From contig CAYLMK010000001.1 in the NCBI GenBank assembly GCA_964384945.1, positions 350,710 to 414,709 of the forward strand: 64,000 bases of DNA, in the 5' to 3' direction. Below the pieces are notes generated by a model, which searched no databases, was not told the DNA's origin, and worked only from the letters and a program-made list of their open reading frames with translations. Each line of letters starts with the position of its first letter. Position 1 is the first letter of the stretch. A program made the position numbers and the translations under genes. Positions 56,363 through 64,000 of this stretch are shown piece by piece. The DNA comes from an uncultured Thermodesulfobacteriota bacterium. GTDB lineage: Bacteria; Desulfobacterota; DSWW01.

Positions 56363-58231
56363 ATGGGAGATTACAGAATCGCTACACCGGCCGACATCGA
56401 GGAGATCGAGAAAGTCCCCTTCGAGAAAAGAATCATCGCAAACCATACCTACGAAATGCTTGAAAAGGGTTGTTCCGTCAGTCCGGATTCTCCTGCCATC
56501 AGCCTGCTTCTTTCCGGCGATGCGTATGACCAGCCCGTCCAGGCCACGTACCGCGAGTTCTGGGCGAAGGTGAATCAGACGGCCAACCTCTTCCATGACA
56601 TGGGGATCCGGAAGGGGGACGTGGTCACCTATCTGCTTCCCAACCTCCTGCAGACCCATTACGTGGTGTGGGGGGGGGAAGCAGCCGGCATCGTGAACCC
56701 GATCAACCCCATGCTGGAGCCCTCCGCCATCCGGGACATCTGTCTTGCCGCCGGGACAAAGGTGCTCGTAGCTCTCGGGGAACTGCCCGGGGCCGATATC
56801 TGGGAAAAAGCAAGGGCCGTCGCGAAGGATCTCCCCGGTTTGAAGGGAATGATCCGTGTCATGGGTCCGAGTGACGAAGGTGAGGGAATCTATGGATACG
56901 ATGAGGTGATCGCCCGCTATCGAGGGGATCGCCTCGACTCGGGGCGCACCATCGAACCGCAGGATATCGCTTCCATCTATCACACGGGCGGAACCACGGG
57001 AACACCGAAGCTCGCCCCGCGGACACACTTCAATGAGGTGGCGATCACCACGATCCTCGATCTCCTGATCGACCTAAAGCCCGGGGAAACGATGCTCTGC
57101 GGCCTGCCCATGTTTCACGCCAACGCAACGATGGCCACCGGGGCCTTCCCCCTCTCGATGGGCGCTCATGTGGTTCTCCTCTCTCCAAGAGGATATCGGG
57201 ACCCCTCGATCATCCAGAATTTCTACAAGATCGTGGAACGCTACCGAGCCGTTACGTTCTCCTCCGTCCCCACGGTTCTTTCCGTCCTGCTCGATATTCC
57301 GAAAGGGGGTGCGGACATCTCCTCCCTGCGTTACGCCATCTGCGGAGCCGCCCCGCTCTCGGTGGAGCTCTTCAAACGGTTCGAAGCCCACAGCGGCATG
57401 AAGCTTCTGGAAGGCTACGGCCTCACGGAAGGGACCCTCGTCTCTTCCATCAATCCCCTGCACGGCGAGAGGAAGGTGGGATCCGTTGGCCTGCGCCTTC
57501 CCTACCAGGAAATGAAGATCCTTGTGGAGGAGGAGCAGGGGGTCCGGGAGGCGGAAACCGACGAGATCGGCCCGGTCTGCATACGAGGTCCGAACGTCTT
57601 CGCCGGCTATCTCGAGGAAGCCCACAACGAGGGCGTCTGGCTCGAAGGGGGGTGGTTCAACACAGGGGACCTGGGCAGGCAGGATGCGGACGGATACTTC
57701 TGGCTCACCGGCCGAAAGAAGGAGTTGATCATTCGGGGCGGCCACAATATCGATCCGGCGATCATCGAGGATCCCCTCTATCGCCTCCCCGGAGTGCAGT
57801 TGGCGGCCGCGGTAGGCCGGCCGGATGCGCACGCAGGAGAGGTGCCCGTTGCCTATGTGCAGACCCAGGAGGGAGCCGATCTCAGTGCCGAAGGCATTCG
57901 AGAGTACCTGACCAGGGAAGTGGGGGAACGGGCGGCGATCCCCAAAGAGGTCGTTCTCCTGCCGGAGATCCCGCTGACCCCGGTAGGCAAGATCTTCAAG
58001 CCGGCGCTTCGCTGGGACGCGATCCGTCGCGTCTATGAAGGCGAGCTAAAGGCTCTCGGGGACATGGCCGAGTCGGTGAACGTTCAGGTGGGGGAGGACA
58101 AGCTTCACGGCTCCCTGGCCACGGTGACCGTCAAACCGGCGGCAGGCGTCTCCCGGGAAGCAATCGAAGCCAAGGTGGACGATATTCTGAGCCGCTACAC
58201 CGTTCGATACATCGTAAAGGCCTCAGGGTGA
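56363..58231 (+). CDS. Acyl-CoA synthetase (AMP-forming) of unknown specificity
   Basis: YHTGGTTGTPK, EGYGLTE, TGDLG, GRKKELIIRGGHNI, TPVGKIFK; 622 aa. Confidence 0.92.
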   Translation: MGDYRIATPADIEEIEKVPFEKRIIANHTYEMLEKGCSVSPDSPAISLLLSGDAYDQPVQATYREFWAKVNQTANLFHDMGIRKGDVVTYLLPNLLQTHYVVWGGEAAGIVNPINPMLEPSAIRDICLAAGTKVLVALGELPGADIWEKARAVAKDLPGLKGMIRVMGPSDEGEGIYGYDEVIARYRGDRLDSGRTIEPQDIASIYHTGGTTGTPKLAPRTHFNEVAITTILDLLIDLKPGETMLCGLPMFHANATMATGAFPLSMGAHVVLLSPRGYRDPSIIQNFYKIVERYRAVTFSSVPTVLSVLLDIPKGGADISSLRYAICGAAPLSVELFKRFEAHSGMKLLEGYGLTEGTLVSSINPLHGERKVGSVGLRLPYQEMKILVEEEQGVREAETDEIGPVCIRGPNVFAGYLEEAHNEGVWLEGGWFNTGDLGRQDADGYFWLTGRKKELIIRGGHNIDPAIIEDPLYRLPGVQLAAAVGRPDAHAGEVPVAYVQTQEGADLSAEGIREYLTREVGERAAIPKEVVLLPEIPLTPVGKIFKPALRWDAIRRVYEGELKALGDMAESVNVQVGEDKLHGSLATVTVKPAAGVSREAIEAKVDDILSRYTVRYIVKASG

Positions 58232-58394
58232 AAAGGTGGCCGTTCTTGTCATAGATCGATGATTGATTGAGCTTCACGAGAAGATCCTTTCCAGTCACGT
58301 GTCGACTTGATTCGGTTGACTGACAAGGGCCAAGCAGCATGACTGACAATTCTCAGAACCTTTCACCCCCTCTGAGCTGATTCTTTCAGAATCA

Positions 58395-58670
58395 TTCTAC
58401 CGGTTCGCAACCTCGGAGCTCGCTTTCGGCAAGCGCGCTGCCACCATCCCCGTAGCGGACTGCGGCCCCGGCGAGGAACTGCAGCTCGACACCGGCTGGA
58501 TGGGATTTCTGGAGCCGGACGGAACCGGCAGGCGGCGCCGGTTTCGTGCCTTCGTCTTGAGCTCGGTATGTACCCGTTCCCGGTTCGTCTACCCGTGCTT
58601 CCGCGAAGGGACCGCGGAGGCCATCGAGGCCTACGAGGCAGCCTGGGCCTTCTTCGGCGGCATCTTCAGG
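58395..58670 (+). mobile_element. IS21-family transposase (IstA) internal fragment
   Basis: FYRFATSELAFGKRAATIPVADCGPGEELQLDTGWMG...EAAWAFFGGIF matches the IstA integrase-core start (PGE..Q.D, EAA..FFGG); no start, no DDE completion and no istB. Confidence 0.75.
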
Positions 58671-58710
58671 GAGCGCATACATGAAGAACGTATGGTCGTG
58701 AGGAACAGGC

Positions 58711-58761
58711 TTGACATACAATTCAAACGGGCGTATGATTCATACGTTCGTTCGAATTGTA
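58711..58761 (+). promoter_or_regulatory. Sigma-70 promoter TTGACA-N17-TATGAT overlapped by a 22-1-22 inverted repeat (probable TetR operator)
   Basis: -35 at 58711-58716, -10 at 58734-58739; TACAATTCAAACGGGCGTATGA-T-TCATACGTTCGTTCGAATTGTA has 3 mismatches in 22. Confidence 0.85.
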
Positions 58762-58777
58762 AGGGTGCGTAACAGAA

Positions 58778-59422
58778 ATGAAGACGCCAGATGAGCTTCC
58801 GGCCGCCACTCGCGACCGGGTACTGGAGGTGGCCGAACGGCTCTTCGCCGAACGCGGCCTGGACGCGGTGTCGGTCCGGGACATCACCAGAGCTGCCGGC
58901 GTCAACCTCGGCGCCATCAACTACCACTTTGGCACCAAGGAGAAGCTGATCGCAGCCGTCTTTAGCCGGCGAATGGGGCCTCTTACCGATGAGAGGCTCC
59001 ATGCGCTCGAAGCTGCGGAGAGAGCAGCCGGGGAAGAGCCACCCGAACTCGAAGCGGTATTGGAGGCGATGTTCCGTCCCGCTGTCGAGCAGACCATGGA
59101 CCCGAAAAGGGGTGGCGCCACCTTTGGAAAGCTGATGGCCCGCTGCTTGGTGGACCCGAACCCTGTTGTGGAGGAGACCATGCGCGGCCACTTTGAACCC
59201 ATGGTGCGTCGCTTTGATGCCGTCCTGTTGAGGGTAATGCCGAACTTGACGCCCGAGGATGTGTTCTGGCGAATGCATCTTCTGATCGGTGCCCTGCACC
59301 ACTCGCTGCTGATGTTGAACAAGAAGCTGCCGCGTGGGAGGAGTCTGCGCATGGATGCCGACACGTATGTGAAGCGGTTTGTTGCATTTGCCGCCTCGGC
59401 TTTCAGGGCGCCTCTGCCGTAA
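58778..59422 (+). CDS. TetR/AcrR-family transcriptional regulator
   Basis: TRDRVLEVAERLFAERGLDAVSVRDITRAAGVNLGAINYHFGTKEKL HTH. Confidence 0.95.
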   Translation: MKTPDELPAATRDRVLEVAERLFAERGLDAVSVRDITRAAGVNLGAINYHFGTKEKLIAAVFSRRMGPLTDERLHALEAAERAAGEEPPELEAVLEAMFRPAVEQTMDPKRGGATFGKLMARCLVDPNPVVEETMRGHFEPMVRRFDAVLLRVMPNLTPEDVFWRMHLLIGALHHSLLMLNKKLPRGRSLRMDADTYVKRFVAFAASAFRAPLP

Positions 59423-59433
59423 CCGTGAACGCC

Positions 59434-60909
59434 ATGAAACGCAACGATTCAAAAAGCATCCCGGCCACGCTCATTCCCCTGGTTTTCCTCCTCGGGCTCT
59501 CGGGCTGCGTCGTCGTGGGACCGGACTACAAGCCTCCCCAGACTTCCCTGTCCACAAACTGGAGCACCGAGCTGGATGGGGGCCTGACCCGAGCGGCAGC
59601 CGACCCCAACCTCCTCGAACGCTGGTGGACGGTGTTCAACGACCCGGTCTTGTCGGATCTGGTCGAACGGGCTCGAGCGGGCAACCTGGATCTGCGTCAG
59701 GCGGAGGCCCGCGTGAGGGAGGCGCGCGCACAGCGGGGCATTGCCAAGTCGGCTCTCTTCCCGACCGTGGGAGCAAACGCGTCCGTAAGCCGGACCGAAT
59801 CCAGCGAAGAGGCCGGGAACGGATTGAGCACTGATTTCTATTCCGCGGGCTTTGACGCCAGCTGGGAGCTGGACCTTTTCGGCGGCAAGCGTCGGTCCCT
59901 GGAATCGGCGACCGCAAGCTGGCAGGCCTCGGAGGAGAGCCTGCGCGACGTGTTGGTCAGCCTGCTCGCCGAGGTCGCGTTGAACTACGTGGAGGTCCGG
60001 TCGTATCAGGAGTTGCTCACGATCACGGAATCGAATGTCACCACGCGCATGGAAACGTATGATCTCACGCGCTGGCGCCGCGAGGCCGGCCTGACCACGC
60101 AACTGGATGTGGACCAGGCCCTGCTGAGTCTGGAACAGGCGCGGGCGCAGGTTCCCACGCTGCGGACCAGCCTGGAACAGGCAAAATACCGGCTGGCCGT
60201 CTTGCTCGGCCAACCGCCGGGCGCGCTGAATGAACTGCTCGCCGAGCCCAAGCCGGTTCCCGTCACACCGTCCGAGGTTGCGGTGGGAGTGCCGGCCGAT
60301 TTGTTGCGACGCCGGCCGGATGTGCGAACCGCCGAAAGGAAATTGGCCGCGCAGACCGCCCAGATCGGTGTGGCCAAGGCGGCACGGTATCCGAGCTTCT
60401 CGCTGCTGGGCAGCATCGGTCTGGAGTCGCTCGCGTTTTCGAACCTCTGCTCTGCGAGCGCGCGAGCTGCCCAAGGCGTGGCGCAGTCCGCGTGGACGCT
60501 CTTCGACGCCGGGAGCATCCGCCAGAACATCCAGGTGCAGACCGCCCGGCAGGAAGAGGCTTTGAGCCACTACGAAGCCACGGTCCTGACAGCTCTGCAG
60601 GATGTGGAAAACGCGCTGGTGGCCTATGCAAACGAGCAGACGCGCCGGGAGTCGCTTGCGGACGCCGTGAAAGCTGGGCAGAGCGCCTTCGAGTTGGCGC
60701 TCGACCAGTACACCTCCGGCCTGGTGAGTTTCCAGACCGTGCTGGACACGCAGCAGTCCCTGCTTTCGGTCCAGGACCAGCTGGCCACCAGCGAGGCCAG
60801 GGTCGCCTCCAACTTGATCACCCTTTACAAGGCCGTGGGTGGCGGTTGGGCTCCCGCCCATACTGCCACTGCGGCCGCCAACGAGGGAGAGTTGCAGAAT
60901 ACGCCATGA
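59434..60909 (+). CDS. Outer-membrane efflux factor (NodT/OprM-type lipoprotein)
   Basis: Lipobox LSGC, VGPDY, WWTVFNDP, ASWELDLFG, DLLRRRPDV, LYKAVGGGW. Confidence 0.93.
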   Translation: MKRNDSKSIPATLIPLVFLLGLSGCVVVGPDYKPPQTSLSTNWSTELDGGLTRAAADPNLLERWWTVFNDPVLSDLVERARAGNLDLRQAEARVREARAQRGIAKSALFPTVGANASVSRTESSEEAGNGLSTDFYSAGFDASWELDLFGGKRRSLESATASWQASEESLRDVLVSLLAEVALNYVEVRSYQELLTITESNVTTRMETYDLTRWRREAGLTTQLDVDQALLSLEQARAQVPTLRTSLEQAKYRLAVLLGQPPGALNELLAEPKPVPVTPSEVAVGVPADLLRRRPDVRTAERKLAAQTAQIGVAKAARYPSFSLLGSIGLESLAFSNLCSASARAAQGVAQSAWTLFDAGSIRQNIQVQTARQEEALSHYEATVLTALQDVENALVAYANEQTRRESLADAVKAGQSAFELALDQYTSGLVSFQTVLDTQQSLLSVQDQLATSEARVASNLITLYKAVGGGWAPAHTATAAANEGELQNTP

Positions 60910-62192
60910 GCCATTCCCCCATGACGCAGACAGAAGATGTCGCCCAAACGCTCGGCCTCGCCGGTACGAAACCCCGCCGCCGGCGCTGGTGGCTTTGGTC
61001 GGGTGCTGCAATTCTGGTGGGCATCATCCTTCTCACCGCGTTGGGCCGAAAACCCCTACCGGTGAAGTATGTGACCCAGCCCGCTCAACGCGGAAATCTC
61101 GTTGTCACTGTCAGTGCTACGGGCGCCCTTGAGCCGCTCAAGAAAGTGGACGTGGGTATTGAGGTCTCCGGTACCATCGAGTCGGTCGCGGCCGACTACA
61201 ACGACGAGGTGAAAGTCGGCCAGGTGCTGGCCCGGCTGGACACGACCCGCCTCGAAGCACAGGCCCAGCAGAACGAAGCGGCACTCGAAGCCGCCCGCGC
61301 CAAGGTGCTCCAGGCCCAGGCGAGTGTTCAGGAAGCCGAGGCCCAACTGGCACGGCTCAACCGCGTCCGCGAGATGAGCGGGGGGAAGGTCCCGTCGCAA
61401 AACGACCTGGACACAGCCACGGCCAACCTTGCCCGCTACAAAGCGGATGAAGAGAGCGCGAAGGCCTCGGTTGCGCAGGCGCGGGCCGCCTTGGATGTGA
61501 CCCGCACGGATCTTTCAAAGGCGGTCATCCGATCGCCGATCAACGGCGTCGTTTTGGTCCGAGCGGTTGAACCGGGTCAGACCGTGGCCGCATCGTTTCA
61601 AGCGCCAGTCCTGTTGACGCTAGCGGAAGACCTGACCCAGATGGAGCTGCAAGTGGATGTCGACGAAGCCGACATAGGCCGGGTCCGCGAGGGGCAAGAG
61701 GCCACCTTCACCGTGGATGCTTATCCGGACCGGGCGTTTCCGGCGCGCGTCACGCAGGTCCGTTTCGGGTCTCAGACCGTGGACGGCGTGGTTACCTACA
61801 AGACGGTGCTCAAGGTGGACAACTCCGGCCTCGCGCTGCGTCCCGGCATGACAGCGACGGCGGTGATTACCGTCGATCGCAGAGAAAACGTGCTCCTGGT
61901 CCCGAATGTTGCCTTGCGCTTTGCACCGGTGGCAAAGGAGGTGACAGGTCGGTCTCGCGGCGGCGGACTCGTCGGGATGCTCCTGCCCCGCCCGCCGGGG
62001 CTGAACGACAGGAAGATGGAGGAACCGGATACAAGGGGCAAAGAGCAGCGTGTCTGGACCCTCCGAAGCGGCCAACTTGTACCCCTTTCCATTATCACGG
62101 GAGTGACCGACGGTGTTCAGACCGAAGTCGAGAGCGGCCAAGTCGAACCAGGTACGGAGTTGGTTACCGAGGAGAGGAAGGCCTCGCGATGA
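60906..62192 (+). CDS. Periplasmic adaptor (MacA-like membrane fusion protein)
   Basis: N-terminal TM, VDVGIEVSG, VKVGQVLARLD, IRSPINGVV, VDEADIG, LRPGMTA; ATGA overlaps at both ends. Confidence 0.92.
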   Translation: MSHSPMTQTEDVAQTLGLAGTKPRRRRWWLWSGAAILVGIILLTALGRKPLPVKYVTQPAQRGNLVVTVSATGALEPLKKVDVGIEVSGTIESVAADYNDEVKVGQVLARLDTTRLEAQAQQNEAALEAARAKVLQAQASVQEAEAQLARLNRVREMSGGKVPSQNDLDTATANLARYKADEESAKASVAQARAALDVTRTDLSKAVIRSPINGVVLVRAVEPGQTVAASFQAPVLLTLAEDLTQMELQVDVDEADIGRVREGQEATFTVDAYPDRAFPARVTQVRFGSQTVDGVVTYKTVLKVDNSGLALRPGMTATAVITVDRRENVLLVPNVALRFAPVAKEVTGRSRGGGLVGMLLPRPPGLNDRKMEEPDTRGKEQRVWTLRSGQLVPLSIITGVTDGVQTEVESGQVEPGTELVTEERKASR

Positions 62193-62929
62193 ACGCCACC
62201 GAATCCAAACCACAGAACGGCGCCCCGCTCATCGAGTTGCAGGGCGTGACCAAGGTCTACGGAACAGGCAGCGCTGCCATGCATGCGCTCCGGGGCGTGG
62301 ACTTGCGCATCGAGCGCGGCGAGTTCGTCGCGATCATGGGCGCGAGCGGTTCGGGCAAAAGCACCTGCATGAACATCCTGGGCTGCCTCGATACCCCGAC
62401 CGCCGGCCGGTATCGCTTTCAGGGCGTCGAGGTCGGAACGCTCACCCGCAATCAGCGGGCGCTTTTGCGCCGTTACTACCTGGGCTTCGTCTTTCAAAGC
62501 TATAACCTGCTCAACCGCACCTCGGCCCTCGAAAACGTGGAACTGCCGCTGATCTACCGTAGCGAACCCCTGCGTGCCCGGCATCTGCGGGCACGGCAGG
62601 CCTTGCAGCAAGTGGGACTCACGGGCTGGGAGCACCACACGCCCGGTGAGCTGTCCGGCGGGCAGCAGCAGCGGGTGGCCATCGCGCGTGCCATTGTCAC
62701 CCAGCCTGTCGTTCTGCTGGCCGATGAGCCTACGGGTAACCTCGACTCCTCCCGCAGCGTCGAGATTATGGACCTCTTGACGTCCCTGAACCGCGATCAG
62801 GGAATCACGATTGTCATGGTGACCCACGAGCCTGACATGGCCGCCTACGCCAAGCGGACGGTGCATTTCCGGGACGGTCTCATCGAGCCGGATCGGTCAA
62901 GCAAGGAAGAAGTCGTATGGTCAGCATGA
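62189..62929 (+). CDS. ABC transporter ATP-binding protein (MacB/LolD-like)
   Basis: [39 protein letters not shown]. Confidence 0.95.
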   Translation: MNATESKPQNGAPLIELQGVTKVYGTGSAAMHALRGVDLRIERGEFVAIMGASGSGKSTCMNILGCLDTPTAGRYRFQGVEVGTLTRNQRALLRRYYLGFVFQSYNLLNRTSALENVELPLIYRSEPLRARHLRARQALQQVGLTGWEHHTPGELSGGQQQRVAIARAIVTQPVVLLADEPTGNLDSSRSVEIMDLLTSLNRDQGITIVMVTHEPDMAAYAKRTVHFRDGLIEPDRSSKEEVVWSA

Positions 62930-64000
62930 TCGGAAACGCGCTCTTGCTCGCTCTGCGCGAGCTTCGGCGCAATGTCATGCGTTCCATTTTGACCATGCTG
63001 GGCATCATCATCGGCGTCGCGGCCGTCATCATCCTGGTGACGCTGGGCAGCGGTGCGACCCAGCGGGTGACCGAACAAATCGCCAGCCTTGGGAGCAACC
63101 TCCTCATGGTCACCCCCGGCAAGCATATGGGCCCAGGCCAGAGTTCCGGCGCCGCGCTTTTCAAGGTGGCGGACGCCGAAGCCATCGCGCGCGATGTTGC
63201 CGGGCTGGCCGCCTTGGCCCCCGTGGCGAGCCGTTCCACCACCGCCATCTACGCCAACGAAAACTGGGCCACTACGGTGACCGGCACCACCGACCAATAC
63301 TTCACATTGAGCAACCGGCGGATCGAGGAGGGCCGGGCCTTCACCGCCAGCGAGGCGCGCAGCGGTGCGGCCGTTTGCGTCGTCGGTGAGACCGTGCGCA
63401 GCAAGCTGTTTGGCCGCCAAAGCCCCATAGGTAGCAGGATTCGTCTGCAGAAACTCTCCTGCGAAGTCATCGGCCTTCTTGAAGCCAAAGGCCAGTCCAC
63501 CATGGGCACCGATCAGGATGATCTCATCGTGGTGCCGTTGCGCACCTTTCAGCGCCGCATCGCGGGCAACGACGACGTCAGTCTCATCCAGGTCTCCGTG
63601 AAGGACGGCGGCTCCACGGAGCGAGCGAAACGCGATATCGCACGGCTCATGCGAGTGCGCCGCCATCTCTCTTCCAACGAGGACGACAACTTCAACGTGA
63701 TGGACATGAAGGAAATCGCCTCCATGCTTTCCGGGACCACACAGACAATGACCATGCTGCTTGGGGCGGTGGCTGCGGTCAGCCTGTTGGTGGGCGGCAT
63801 CGGCATCATGAACATCATGCTGGTTTCGGTGACGGAGCGGACACGTGAGATCGGCACCCGCCTGGCGATCGGTGCGCTCGAACGAGAAGTGCTCCTCCAG
63901 TTTCTCGTCGAGGCCGTCGTGCTTTCCTCCTGCGGCGGTCTGATTGGGATTGTCCTGGCCCTGGCCGCTTCTGCCTCCCTCGCCGGACTCTTGCAGGTGC
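62926..64000 (+). CDS. MacB-like ABC permease (FtsX family), truncated by the window end
   Basis: [35 protein letters not shown]...SLGSNLL and [26 protein letters not shown]-type motifs; open to 64000 and so absent from the supplied ORF track. Confidence 0.93.
   Translation, partial: MIGNALLLALRELRRNVMRSILTMLGIIIGVAAVIILVTLGSGATQRVTEQIASLGSNLLMVTPGKHMGPGQSSGAALFKVADAEAIARDVAGLAALAPVASRSTTAIYANENWATTVTGTTDQYFTLSNRRIEEGRAFTASEARSGAAVCVVGETVRSKLFGRQSPIGSRIRLQKLSCEVIGLLEAKGQSTMGTDQDDLIVVPLRTFQRRIAGNDDVSLIQVSVKDGGSTERAKRDIARLMRVRRHLSSNEDDNFNVMDMKEIASMLSGTTQTMTMLLGAVAAVSLLVGGIGIMNIMLVSVTERTREIGTRLAIGALEREVLLQFLVEAVVLSSCGGLIGIVLALAASASLAGLLQV

Overview
GC-rich, gene-dense bacterial window, most consistent with an anaerobic deltaproteobacterium (Desulfobacterota-like). 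That assignment is inferred from gene content and sigma-54 usage, not from a marker gene. No rRNA, tRNA or CRISPR array was recognised. Layout: (1) 1-5 kb: 3' end of a DUF1302-like barrel, a decayed AbrB-type gene, a secreted TPR protein, and a minus-strand run of fadL-like / SRPBCC / mtnA / mtnP. (2) 5.3-19.6 kb: an unusually complete nitrogen-assimilation supercluster with three PII genes, two amt genes, glnA, glnD, a glnE carrying GlnD-like ACT domains, and a NifA-type GAF/sigma-54 activator, but no ntrBC or nif genes. A canonical sigma-54 promoter and a shared CRACAT-N2-ATGTYG enhancer-like palindrome are visible. (3) 19.8-28 kb: transaldolase, a DUF1329-YCF48-MMPL-DUF1302 envelope transport operon, and a divergent SCP2 gene. 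(4) 28-43 kb: two metallohydrolases, a CsgG / lipoprotein / DUF4810 / DUF799 operon, tamAB-like genes, small secreted proteins and an MltF-like enzyme. (5) 43-58.7 kb: an accessory-looking segment flanked by gene debris (nrfA fragment, IS21 transposase fragment). It encodes a PAS/sigma-54 activator, a second DUF1302-DUF1329 pair, MeaB, a strongly diverged B12-dependent acyl-CoA mutase, two SDRs, a lactonase and a CoA ligase. This is the best candidate for an undescribed catabolic pathway. (6) 58.7-64 kb: a TetR-controlled MacAB-TolC-like exporter with a textbook sigma-70 promoter and operator. All family assignments come from motif recognition by eye; no database search was run, and many start codons were re-chosen from RBS and signal-peptide context.
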